A stretch of DNA of 64,000 nt from Octopus vulgaris. Taxonomy: Eukaryota. Positions 11,131-23,930 of the stretch are shown here, one piece after another; position 1 is the stretch's first letter; every line of letters begins with the position of its first letter. Below the pieces are notes generated by a model. That model had not been told where the DNA came from. It saw only the letters and a list, made by a program, of their open reading frames with translations, and did not search any database. The position numbers and the translations under genes are program-made. The DNA lies in the NCBI GenBank assembly GCA_951406725.2, contig OX597818.1, positions 105,772,001-105,836,000 of the forward strand, written 5' to 3'.

Positions 11131-11527
11131 TTAGATAGATAGATATTGATAATTATATGTACGTATGCGTGTGAGCGTGTGTACAAATATGTATACACAC
11201 TTATTCCTATTATTTTGTAATTCAAATCTCTACTGAACTTTAAAAAATATCTTTTGGCACACTTTTGACGCCTACACATAATTCTTTGAAGCGGGAACAA
11301 TGACGATAAGGGAAAAAATGTATTGATGTGCTAAAAACAGAACCCATAATTTCTATGTAACAAATATTACTATTATTTCAAATGAATTTTAGAAACACCG
11401 CAGAAACCTCTGTTTAAAGAGACAACTATATAGAATACTTCATTTTTGTTTCTGGTTTGCAAAATTCTTGATGTGAAATCGGCGTCAAGCTTTCCATCTA
11501 CCATTGTATGATACAGTAAATGTTGAC

Positions 11528-12872
11528 TTACGTAATCCATTCAAATCTCCCACAGAGAAAAGCCTCTCTGACAGTTGCATGATGCTAGCTTTATGACGTC
11601 ACTGGTTTCCACCTTAGATTCAACAGTTCATTACCCCCATACAAACGAAGTTAAAATGAAAGATTGCATATATATATATATATTGTCAGTTTTAACGAAC
11701 AGAAGAAATGTTCTCAATACAATAGTATAGTTATAAGGACGCGCACACGTGCACTCATTATTGGATAGAAAGAAGAAAGAAAGAAAGAATTAGGGGGGAC
11801 ACGCTTCTGATAATTTCAAATACATACAAGCTTGCTTGTTCTCTCTCTCTCTTACATAGACGTGTGTGTAAAATATATACACAGCCACACATAGACGTAG
11901 GCAAATTATTCTCCACCGATTTCGACGATGAGTATTCCAGTTGTTTGCTCAGCTGAACTGATTGCTCATAGTATGTGGCTGAATACGCCACTGACACTTC
12001 TACCTATAATTCTCGTGCAGTATGAAGCATGACAAAGGCTGGTCGTCTGAATTACATGTATAGTCCATCTGACACCGCGACGAGTGTAAAAGGGTGGGGA
12101 CGAAGATGTTGACACTCTTAGGTGCAAGTGTGAAGAAGCGTAACATTTCTTCTTGTAAATCAATTACATTTTAGTCTTAGGTTTCTGAGAACCCTTGTTA
12201 CGTCACTGTTACTCAGTTTCCGTCCACGCAACTTCACTAGCTGGAGTCAGTCCATGGCTATATATATATAATATATCGCCCTTAATATCATCAAGATCGC
12301 GTATCGAACTTCTTAACCACCCAGTCATATCAGTGTCCGTCACGCTCACACACTAATTATAGTAAACACTATATTCCACTTTATTATAACTTGTATTTTC
12401 TACCGCCTTTTCTCGCCCGGCGTGGTCAGCCACCTTCCTCTGATAGATTTCCTCCATTTCCCCTTCTATATCTATCTCAGTTTTTTTAATAATTTCGTTT
12501 TCAGCGCCTCGCTTTCTATTTTCTCCCTCCCTATCTTCCTCTACTTTTTCTGTCTTTCATTGACTGTCTGTCTCCCTCCGCTTTTTCTTTTTTTTTTCAT
12601 CTTCTTTTTTCCTTGCCACCTTCCTGCTCTATTTTTATAGTTTCTTTTTCTTTTCTTTCAACCCTGTGTCTCTTTTCCTCCCTCTATTTTTCCCTATTAC
12701 TCTTTCTTCTCTCTCCCTTCCTCTCCTTCGCCGTTGTCCCCCCCCTCCGTCTCCTTATTCTGTCAATATCTTCCTCCTTCGCTTTTGTTTTCTTTTTTTC
12801 TCTGACACCGTGTTTTTCTTTCTCTCTCTCTTCTAACTCTACGTGACGTCATCGCACAACAGCCGGATCAGT
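11528..12872 (+). promoter_or_regulatory. Candidate Pol II promoter with clustered CRE/bZIP sites and an initiator
   Basis: TTACGTAA 11528-11535, TGACGTCA 11594-11601, TTACGTCA 12198-12205 and TGACGTCA 12844-12851. TCAGT Inr-like motif at 12868-12872. Locally CpG-richer and poor in recognisable repeats. Confidence 0.45.
12410..12840 (+). repeat. ~430-bp polypyrimidine (CT-rich) low-complexity tract
   Basis: Very strongly C/T-biased on the plus strand; ends immediately before the proximal CRE. Confidence 0.85.
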
Positions 12873-13570
12873 AAACGCTCTGCAATATTCGTTTACCGCT
12901 TGTCTTCTCCCTTCCAAGTTATTTCCGTGTCTATCGTTCTTCCAGCCGTACAAATATATTTTAAATACATAGTATCTAACGATACCATTATTTTTAGTTC
13001 GTTAATTCAATATATATATATAAATATGGATTAGAGTGCATAATATTCCTTCTTTCTATTTTTACCTTGCTGATTCTGTTATTGTTAATTTAACTTTATC
13101 CATTATTAACAACTAATTTTCCTCCCCATCTTTCTCTGTCTATCTGTCTTTATTAACTGAAATAAAGAAGGAAAAATAGAGAAATATACATACATATATC
13201 TACTGGACATACACCAAACATCAGTCCTAATTTTCTCCACCTGTTTTATTGTTTTTACGGTTTGAAAACAATAACTCAGAACGAGAGAGGAGCGAAAGAA
13301 TAAGAAAAATAATAATAATAATATTGATAATAAACAGGACAAGAAAAGAAAGGAAAACTTTTAACAGAAACTGCCACTTTTATTATTTATACAGCGACGC
13401 GACTCGAACGTTTTTTTTAAAGATTTATATACATTTACTGGTTTAAACTCGAGTTTTAAAAGATTTTTTCTAAATTTATATCAGTTTTTTTTCTGTGAAC
13501 GAGAGGAAAGTTTGACAAAAGCCAACAACTATTTGTCATTATTGCACAATTAAGTCTTCATATGCCAGAG
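12870..13570 (+). other. Candidate first exon (long 5' UTR plus ATG CCA GAG = Met-Pro-Glu) of an unidentified host gene
   Basis: Consensus donor AG|GTAAGT at 13570/13571 with ATG at 13562 (phase 0), downstream of the CRE/Inr. No downstream coding exon was identified in the window. Confidence 0.4.
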
Positions 13571-13974
13571 GTAAGTGTTTAAAAAATATCCACTGTTTTT
13601 TTTTGTTTATTAAATATGTATTTCCTTTACTATTGACTTTCAAGGCTTTGTTGGATGTTACTATGCTCAAAAATCAACCCTTATTTTTCTTATTATCCAT
13701 AATTATAAATTCCATTCATATTTATAAAAAATACCATTTCAGAGCTGGTATTTTATTTTATCGACTTCCTACGCTTGAGAAAAAAAGTTGGCTTCGGCGG
13801 GATTTGAACTCAGCGTGTTCAAAAGGCCGTAACAAGTAACGGTCGCATGGCATTTTCTTTGATGCTCTAACCAATTTGCTAGCAAACACGTTCAGAGGTA
13901 TTCTAGCTGTGACCATCCCATTTTTTAATGTTCGTTCTTTCTATGCACAGTGTACCCATACTTATATTATCCAT

Positions 13975-14066
13975 GCAGAGGTAAAGAATATTCACGCTAC
14001 CCCCGTTTTCGGCGTAACCCTAACCCTAAACACCGAAAACGAGTGGTGTGCGTATTCTTTACCTTC
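13975..14066. mobile_element. Short inverted-repeat element with a telomere-like AACCCTAACCCTAA core
   Basis: aggtaaagaata ... tattctttacct arms; a second copy in the opposite orientation lies at 21829-21909. Confidence 0.65.
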
Positions 14067-14715
14067 GTCGATAATCCAATTAGTCTCTCCCCTTTTAAAT
14101 AGACGGGTAGGTTATGTATGATTTAAGTGGGATTTAGCTTCTCTCTTGAACAGGCAAAGTAACCAGGTGTATGGGTTCTCCTTTTGTTGTTTAGCCGTAG
14201 CTTTAGCTCCAATTGTGTAGATTCATGATCAAACCTCTTAAGGTATTCCCTTCTTTTTCACTGTACATCAAGGACTATATTGTCCATTGTATTCTTCGTT
14301 TAGTAAGATGATTAGGTGTGATTTGAAGGAGATTCGGCTGCTATTTCTAAAATCTCAAGCAACCACATAGAGGTCTCGTTTCCAAATAGTATTTTGTCGT
14401 CTGGTTTCATTCTGCTTTCACTTTTTTCTTTCTTTTAGATATCGGTTACAAAACTAATTTCATTCCATTTATGCTGCTACTCCTCTCCTGCAGTCTCTCC
14501 TTCAGAAAGGCATGAATGTCACAGCATACATTTTTTTGTATGATATAAATTCGAGTCCTTATACCTTCTTTGTGAGAAATCAACGATTTGTCATTTGATT
14601 TCCCTTGTAAATTAATCTCATTTCGGTTGTAGTTGAATTTAATTTTGAGTACTACGAAAAGGCACAAATGTCATGTCATTACGTTCCAATTATATGTATG
14701 TATATATAATGTCCC

Positions 14716-14752
<37 letters not shown>

Positions 14753-15140
14753 GTAGGCATATGTATAAAAACAAGGAACACAAGTATTCAGTACAAAAGT
14801 AGTGTGTATTTCATTAAATAATGTCAGTTGATCAAAGTTTTTTCAGTTGATTATATCACATGTATGAGAGCGTATTTATATTTTCTCCCTCAACTATATC
14901 GTTACATATACATGTATATATATGACGTGAAGTATTGTGCCTGTGTAAGAAGTCATTAATACATTTCTCGTGTCAGAGCAATTTGATACAATGGAAGTAG
15001 GTTTCCAGCGAACACAATTTTGGCAACACGCCCACCACCATCTCCTCAGCTAAAACTTCAGCATCAACTTCACTGTTGTTGCTAATACTTTTTGAAAAGG
15101 CAAGAATGTCACCACATCCTTCTCCTACCCTAAAATATTA

Positions 15141-15201
<61 letters not shown>

Positions 15202-16354
15202 AAATTTCCCCATGTGGTTGGTGCCGTTTTAAGTACTAACAGGCGCTAATTTTTTACCGAACCGTGACGCACCAACCGTTTGCACTATCACCAGAATCGC
15301 TACATTTCTATTTCAAATGCACACGGCAAATGCATTACCATCACGACTTCCCGTTTCAGATATAAAAATCTGGAAACCTTATGCCATGCCTCCAAGTATA
15401 TGAAACGGTTTTCATTTTCATTCTCACCCTCACGTCCCACCATTTTTAATGAATCTATTAGTCTCAGACACACTAATAAAATATCTCCAACGTCCCAACC
15501 TGGTCACTCGATCTGCTTGAAAATAGCAGCGAAATCTCCCTTAAATCACCACCTTTTCATCTTGAATATGTAGTGGATAGGCGAAAAGACGGGATTGTCA
15601 CGAACGACTAAGACGTCTTTGACAAAAAGATGTTGTCAGTGACCTCGGGTTAAGCAACAACTAGATCATCCGAATTGTTTACTATAACTTTCTTATATTG
15701 AAAAGCTCTTCGATTTAAAAGAAAAAGAAATTTTGGGGCTGCTTTCCTGCCAATATGTGTACTTTTGTGTGAGGTCTTACGATGTATTGTCTCAAAATCG
15801 CTATCGAATTATTGATCAGAAAGAGGGCAAAGTTGGCTTTGATTATAATTGAATACAGACCGTAGAAAGACTAAACCAAATACTCAAAATTATTTAACGA
15901 GTAGATTTTTTTAGCCCACTCTGTCCGAAACTCTGTTCATAATATTACCAGATATTATGTCTTTGAAACGGTTTCTTTTTTAAATCTACCGTTCGTTACC
16001 TTATCTGTATAACCTGCGTTGAGATCTTGGTCAGCCCTTGATTTTGCTGAGTATTTGTGATCATCCCATCTTTTTTTTTTTTTTTTTTGTACATATTTTA
16101 TCCAGAACTATAGTATTCAATCTGTCCTACCTCCTCTTTAGCAGTAAGATATAATTTCTAGCCCATTGAGTGACCACGCAGAGGTTCATCCAATAAGCTA
16201 TACTTGCTCAACCTATCAACATTTTATTTATGTAATGTCATGGTTGAATTTTATGGTGTATCCGTCAATTAAACTTTAGCGCTATAGAGATAAAGAAGTA
16301 ACAAAAGATTGAAAACTTTTAAAAGTTTATTATTAGTCATCTCTTACTGCGCGC

Positions 16355-16397
<43 letters not shown>

Positions 16398-17129
16398 TAT
16401 ATAACATGCATACATTGTTCTTGTAAATGAAATTATATATGTATAGTTTCATTTACCGGAACATACATATATATATATATATATATATATCTTACATAAG
16501 TCTCTTTGTGCATATGTGACTAATAAATGTCAACAAATGGTCCTGATGTATGTGACTATCGTTATCACTGTTACTATCACGTATTTACGTATAAAACAGA
16601 AAGTCCTGTTTGAACTGATAAGAGCATATAACAACTCAGTTGCTGCATCCAGGATCAAGTGCGACCGACTATATTCGGAATATTGTAAACAAGTAAATGT
16701 AACAGTTTCCCTTTCAAATCATTATCATTATTAACTATGTTCACTGTCACCAGAAGTTTTGACGTTCGACATCGTATGAAATTTCATCACTGTTTTACAT
16801 CTAATTTTACTCTAGTTCTATTGTTATAAAAATAACCAATGTTGCAAACATTCGTTGCATAAGTGCTTCGTGCTCTGCTCGATTCCGTAAGCAAATCAAG
16901 CATTTCGTAAACAATAGCTATTAAAATGTTTGTGTTGTACTTATCCATTTAAATATATTAGGGAGAACAATATTACTACTTGACATTAGAAGAAATGTCT
17001 GTATGGTCTACGGTTGTAAATATTAAGGTATACGGACACGCTTGTAGTCAAGTGTGTTAGTCTTTATGCGATTATAGGTAACACATATACACACACATCT
17101 GTCTGTCTAGGCATATCTACAGTTTGGTG

Positions 17130-17590
17130 CCCCTCCTTCGAATTTGTTTCCTCATAACTTTCTGAAAAGTATATATTTAATGAAATTTTGCAAAAATACG
17201 TTTTCGTAGATGTAGATTACAATAATTTGGATAAAATTCAAGGGAATGGGAAAATTTTTTGTAAATGAATCGTGATATTATTTCCCCCACCACACACACA
17301 CTGACTTTGTTACTAAAAATTTCCGTAACTTGAACATTTTCCGCTTTCTTCAGACGTATATAGTTCAAACATCACCATTGCGTTATGTACACTCCCGAAA
17401 ATTTGTTTCTGAAAGATATAGTTTTAATTGTGCATTTTAAAGAGAGTTATGAGGAAATAAATTCGGGATGGGGAAGAGAATGATTCTAAACTCTTCCCTT
17501 GAAACATTTAAAACTTTTATGTTATCGGAATTGTACCTTTGTAAAATTTCATATCGAATTTTGTAAGTTATGAGGGAACAAAGTTGGGTT
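17130..17590. repeat. Decayed foldback/MITE family built on CCTCATAACTTT / AAAGTTATGAGG motifs
   Basis: The motif occurs in both orientations at ~17150, ~17445 and ~17565; related copies at ~38535-38790 and 61270-61500. Confidence 0.5.
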
Positions 17591-18215
17591 GGGGCCCTGT
17601 GGATCTCGAAGCTTACATAAAGCTGTAAATAATAGCATGTGAATATTGGATTGAAAATGTCGAAGACTGTTCACGGGACTAAAACAATAATTTGTGTGTA
17701 TAATCATTTTATTACAATAGTTTCGAAACAAGACCTGTTGTTGATGCGATCGTAACGTCAAAACTGTGTGTGACAGACACTTATCTAAGTCAATTTTGCT
17801 GTCATCTTTTATTCTTCATATAAATTTACTCATCATAATTTTACTTTTTTTCAGTAACACCCCTCATTCACAAATCATATATCTTCATCTGTATCACTTC
17901 CAGTGAATTTTCTTCTCGCTTTATTTGTGTTATGATGAGTTTTAGGATTTTCAAAACCTGTTGTTTAACTCTTGTTTAGAAGTCAACCCTGAACATGTTG
18001 GCCTATGATCAAAAGCATTTCAGTCGGGATCACCCCCTCAATTTTAGGAGTATCTAGGGCTACATTATATAGTGGGCAATCTTTTATTTTTAATACAATT
18101 TACGTCACTTATAGAGCACGTTAGTGATTGCCTAAACAGTGTGCCGTATTTTTAAAGTCTAGACTGATTTGGAGATTTTGCTTCTATTTCTAGCAAGTCG
18201 AACACTCATGTGAAG

Positions 18216-18361
18216 CAGGCATGAGGTAACCTTTTTCGAGAAGCGGGCCACATGAGACATGACTCATCACCAGGCAGGCTGCACTACTAAAAGACCCAAG
18301 GAATTTTTCGTTTGGCGTGCCATGAATAAAGACCTATGGGCCGCAGTTATTGCCTATACTG
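18216..18361. mobile_element. hAT (Charlie-like) MITE
   Basis: CAGGCATG..aac and ttgcctatactg ends with internal GGGCC(G/A)C motifs. 8-bp TSD atgtgaag / gtgtgaag (7 of 8 match). Confidence 0.65.
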
Positions 18362-18896
18362 GTGTGAAGGTTTCATTGTTGTCCTGCATAAGTGATTAAA
18401 TTTTAAATTGTCAGGTTTCCATTCACTTTCGTGAGTGTTAAAAGCTGGAAAAAATCACTGATCTTGCATTTAAGTGGCATGCGTTTATTATTTTTAAACT
18501 TGCATTGTTTTTAAAAAATACTATATCTGATTAAGAAATTGGAAAAAGTTTTTAAAATTAATTCTAAAAACAAAAAAAAATGTACTCCAAATGGGAAATG
18601 CGCTGGCTTCTCTGTGTCATTTCTTAGGATGCTTGCATTTTACATAATTTCTCTCTTGGTTAAAGGCTATTTTTAGAACCTTTTCTCTTTCAGCGATGTT
18701 CCTAAAGAAAAGAAAAAATCTAACCTTGATAACAGAATTTGCCGCCAATAGCGAATGACTCAGTACCAGAAAATGTTTTTAATTACTTATATTCACCTCT
18801 ATAAACTTTATACGATTAATGTTCTTTATTTTTCCTTTGTTATTTATACCGAATTAGTACAGATCAAGCAGATCTATGCATCAAAAATGTATTTTT

Positions 18897-19109
18897 TATA
18901 GAAATATTTGGGATAACATTATCTTAGTTATATTTATAGTTTTCAACAACACATCACTTAAAACCTCAAAGATACTCTAAATGTTAGGCTTTATATATCT
19001 CTGATAATCTTTCTTGGTCATCTTGTTACACACAATATTGCTAAATCTACTCACCAAAGACTATCCTCCCTCTATATAGAAATATTTGGGATAACATTAT
19101 CTTAGTTAT
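18897..19109 (+). repeat. ~137-bp near-identical copy of 27499-27636 flanked by a 35-bp direct duplication
   Basis: tatagaaatatttgggataacattatcttagttat occurs at 18897-18931 and 19075-19109. The insert 18937-19073 matches 27499-27636. Confidence 0.9.
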
Positions 19110-21049
19110 GCCCTATCTTATTTTAAGACGGTTAATGAGGGTGGAGTGATTTGTGCAGGTTAGACTGCTATTTCTAGCAGGTGGAGTAATCTCATAGAGA
19201 ATCTCTTTAGTTTTGTTTCATTGTATAATTACTCCTATTTAATGATTTACAAGTTGGTTTTATTGATCGTTAATTGATTGTTAAATAAAGAGGTGTGAAA
19301 GTTGCGCAAAGTTAAAAAAAGAATGATTCGAAGTAAAAAGACTATCAATGTGTCTGAGAATGGCGCGGAAATTGATTTTCAGAAGTTTGCTTTCTTAATG
19401 TTGTTGACATGTGAGAATAATTTACCAGGTACATATATGCTATATGTGTATATACATGAATGTATATTTGTGATATTATATATGTACATATCTATGCGCA
19501 TGCATACACGTATGTGTATATACTTTTCAGTCATTAGACTGTGGCCATGCTGGGGCACTGCATGCAAGTGTTTTAATCGATCATATTGATCCCACTACTT
19601 ACAGAGGCACACTCCTACCTACCCAAACACCCACCCACCCACCTACCTTCCTTCCTATCACAGCGCAATGACTAAAGAAAATAGTCTAATGATGGGGCAT
19701 ATAAGCCTTCCACAGTGAAAGCACATATCTATAAAAGAGAGTTTGTGTGCATGTGCATATGTTCCTTATGCATTCCAAAACCGAGTTGCCAATTTTAACA
19801 TATGGGGTATCAAAAGATTCAATAGGCTTTTGGCTACCAACTAAACTATATTTTCATTCACATATTTGTATTGCAAAAATTTAACATTGTCATTTTTCTT
19901 TTAGTCACCTATTGTAAATGACATTTTATATCACCACATTAATGACGATGTCACATTTTCTATATGAGTGTGTTTGTGTATTCGTTACCTACATTAGGCC
20001 AATGACAGACAAATATATGTGTGTGACGGTGTATGTGTCTGTCAGTATACACACATTTTTGTGATGACTGATACACATAGGGACAGATAGGCTTCAGGTG
20101 TATATTAATGTGTGTGTTAGTTTATGTATGCAACTTTCTCCTGCCCAACAGTGAAACAACGCCGATATTGATAGTTTAATTGCAGCCTGGACTTTAAATG
20201 AACAACAACGTTCACTTTAAAGTGCTACCAACATGAAGATTTGGCTGATTTAACACCACTCACAATATTCGCAAATATATCCGAAAAAAAAATATTCTGG
20301 TTATTATAACAAATTCAGAAACTTTTTGCAGTAGAAAGCCTCAGTGGCTCTTTCAATATAATTACAAAAATGTTATTCCACTCCTTCTAACCAGTTTCAA
20401 GATTATTTTTAACAGTCCTCTTAAGCGTCTTCCTCACTGTATCAACATCACACAACGTTTCTACTGCCTTATTCTGCAGCCTATAACATTACAAAGTTAA
20501 AAAATATGTAGTAATGTCAAATTAATTTATATCTTGCTACATACATCCTTCAGCAAATATTTTAAATTAACGTTCACAACAGCATCTTCCTTTCTATACA
20601 CTTGGTTCAGTGTTCGTTTCAAAATTGTAAAATAAATTATTTTTGTATGAAAAATTGAATTATGCCTTCTGAATTTTCTTGGACTTTCACTTTCTCCACC
20701 GTGATATTCAGTTGTGAATTTTATAACATTTAGTACATGTTCCAAATATATGTTGACTTTCTGTACTTTCTTACATTGGTGACGCATAGTAGTTTTTGCT
20801 AAATTGGTGACTTTCCATTTTTTTATTGCTAACTATGTTACAGAAAGTATGTTTTGCACCTACATTGACTACATTTCGTTTTGCTTGAACTTCATATGTG
20901 TACATTTAGCTGTTTTCAATATTATCGATTCTATGAGTGTGTGTGTGTGTGTGTGTTTTTCTGTGTTCGTTACTTCTATTATAAACTATAGTAAAGAACA
21001 TTTTACGCTGGTTGGTGATCTCCATGAAAATCATGTTCTCTTTCATATT

Positions 21050-21260
21050 CGACACAGACTCATCCCTCTTATCATGCACTCCAGTATACTCTTATGGAGT
21101 GGACAAGATGGGTATCATTTAAATATTCCACAGATTGAACCTGCAACAGAATAGCCAATTACAAACAAAAAGGTATTATCAAATGACTTCTATTCTTACC
21201 AACTGATGTTAAGATCAGAATAATGAAATCAATTACACTTGTCAAATAAACTTTATTTTC
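21050..21260 (+). mobile_element. Helitron Rep/helicase gene fragment (decayed)
   Basis: THPSYHALQY..GQDGYHLNIPQIEP...KKVLSNDFYSYQLMLR resembles the Helitron motif HRSYDALQYPL..GEDGYH..KKVS..FY.YRLM.R. Contains a frameshift and stops. Confidence 0.7.
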
Positions 21261-22509
21261 ATTTACCTATTTTCTATGTTGTCTTAACTAGCTATAGTTA
21301 TTTCAAATACACTTCTCTACAATGACCAGGTTTCATTAGAAAATGAAAATATTTTCACACCTTCAATTTGAACCAAAATTACAGTGTTACATTATGAGAG
21401 TGACGATGTGTGAATAATGAAAGTAATGTTTCTCCAAATTAGTCACATCTTTATTATAATAAAGAAAGATGCTTATTATCTATCTACCAAATAAACTATA
21501 TTTTTGACTCAACAACTCTTTTTTACCACTAAAATAACCTCAGCAACTAGGTTGGGTTGCACAATTTTTAGGTCATATTCGGACAATATTTCGATTTGCT
21601 TCCAATGTTTTACTTTTATCCGAAGTTTCATGCATGCATAGAATTCTGCTCAGACAAACATTTATAAAAATGTACACATAAATATTGTATTAAAATAAGC
21701 CACAACCAAAAGAATTGCTCTAAAAGACATCCATTTTTCTATATGTTATGAAGAAGTACAGTCACACAGACACTCTTTCTCTCTATCTCTCACGCACAAA
21801 AAAGATGTATGCATATGTATTTATGGGTGAAGGTAAAGAATATGCACTTTCGGTGTTTAGGGTTAAGGTTACGCCGAAAACGGGTGCTGTGCATATTCTT
21901 TACCTCTGCTATGTACGTGTGTATGAAAGATAATGTGTGTGTGAGAGAGAGCAAGTGGGTGAGTGCCATTTACACATCGCAACACACACCTTCACTCACT
22001 CTCTCTTTCTCTCTCCCACACGTGTCCATTTCATATACATGTACATTTCTTTTCTCACTTCAAAGCAAATGTTGCCTTTTTACTTTATCCTGTCTTTCAA
22101 TTTCTGCTCTCTTCAAAGCATACAGTAATTAAAACAATTCTACGGAAATTAACGTATATGATCCTGTATGTGTTGAGTTGACAACTTTACTTCTTCGAAT
22201 GAAAGAATGCCATAAAATAACTTCCTTTGATACATATACACATACTCTAGGTAAAACTTCTGTATGAATTATGTTATTTCTTGCAGTGTGCATGTGCAAA
22301 TTTACAGCTCAAATCCAATTGAAATGATCTTTTTCTATTGTGTAATTTGAGTTTGTGATGAACATATTTAAAAACCTGATCTTCAATATAAACTTAAAAG
22401 GAAGTTTTCCCGGAAATCCTGTCCTTTATCTCTAGCATGTCTGAGGTGACATTTCTGTCCCCCACATTTTTTTTTTTTTTCTAAATTTCTTCTGATTCCT
22501 ATGTTTGCA

Positions 22510-22969
22510 TGTCCAGGAGATTAGGATTTCACCCACAAAATACGTTCTAAATATTTTAATATTCTCCCTCCCCACACCAAATTCATTTTTTACTTTTTTC
22601 AAATTTTTATTTTTGGTAATACATGGAGAAAAAACAAGAGTATGAAGCTTTAAGAATTTTACCCATCACCTCACCACTTTCAAAAAGCTACACACTTCCA
22701 ATGTTTCACTTTTAGCTTTTTGGAAAACAGGGAAGTTTCTTCAGAAATGATGTTGTTTACCTGTTGTTTCTAGCATGTCGGGTTTTCGGTGGTGGTCTGG
22801 TATTTTTTGTCTACTATTTCAGTAGAATTCTATGCATTTGGGGAAACATCAGCCAAAAGTGAAAGATTGGGAGATTTTAGCTTTTTGAAAGCTGGTAGGT
22901 GATGGGTGGGCAAGGTGGAGGAAGGGGCATTTAGTGTTTCTTTAAGAAAAATTAAACTATAAAAAACGT

Positions 22970-23037
<68 letters not shown>

Positions 23038-23160
23038 AGATTTGTAATCTCAGTATTTTTCATCATAGATAACAAAGAAATTCCAAAAAGTTACTAATTA
23101 AAAAATTGTGGTGGGGATAGGGGGAAATTAAAATATTGAAAACATGATCTCTGGACAAAA
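22510..23160. repeat. Diverged ~650-bp foldback element
   Basis: acccatcacct..tttcaaaaagcta..ttcactttt (22660-22715) is inverted against aaaagtgaaa..tagctttttgaaag..aggtgatgggt (22855-22907). The outer arms at ~22510-22590 and ~23100-23160 are also complementary. Confidence 0.55.
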
Positions 23161-23559
23161 TCGTATTGATCCACTTTTATACAATGAAGCAGTACATAGT
23201 TGCTGATCCTTCTTGAGAACAGAAAGCATTTTCATGTAAATTGTACTCGCACTCTTCACTATTAAACAAACAATAACTTCCATTATTCCATTAACTATAT
23301 ATCAACTGTGCCAGTCCTGCCCATAAGAAAGGAGCAATTAATACAATGTGCTTGTAGGTTAGGTCATAACACCTGGGCAATGCCAAGGTGCATTGCTTGT
23401 GTGTGTGTGAGTGACTATATATATATATATTTTAAACACCTGGCTTCTCAGATTTTTGTTTTTTACCAAATTCCCCACTTGGCATTGTTCAGTAGGCTAC
23501 AGTGGGAGACACGTGACCAGGGTCCCACACAGTGAGATCAAACTTGGGGACAATGGTGT

Positions 23560-23930
23560 GGCAAAGTGAGCTTGGGAACTTTTTAACCCTGCAACATATA
23601 TACATACTGGTGACATGTAACTCAGTGCAATCTGTTGCAGTGATGTGTCATCAGTGACTAAACTGACAATTCCACCAGGATTTCTTGATTCAAAGGGTAA
23701 TTTTTGACATTCTACAGGATGAAAAACAAAACCTGTGAATGGGCAGATGAATTCAAGAGTCATTGACCATCCAATTATGTATATATGTGTATGTTGGTGG
23801 CATGTCCACAGCTTTCAAGGTGACTTCATTAGGCCAATAAAGCAACTGATTCAGGGCAAACATCTGGAAAAATATTTTATGGCCAACACTCAGTACTTCA
23901 ATTGAGGAGTGGAACATAGAATTTCCATGG
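23560..23930 (+). mobile_element. Mariner transposase remnants
   Basis: RFLDSKG..CEWADEFK resembles the mariner N-terminal HTH; a TIR-like ggaactttttaaccc lies at ~23575. Highly decayed. Confidence 0.35.

Noticed and set aside
12422-12846. Hydrophobic F/L/S-rich ORFs
   Set aside because: Artefacts of the polypyrimidine tract.
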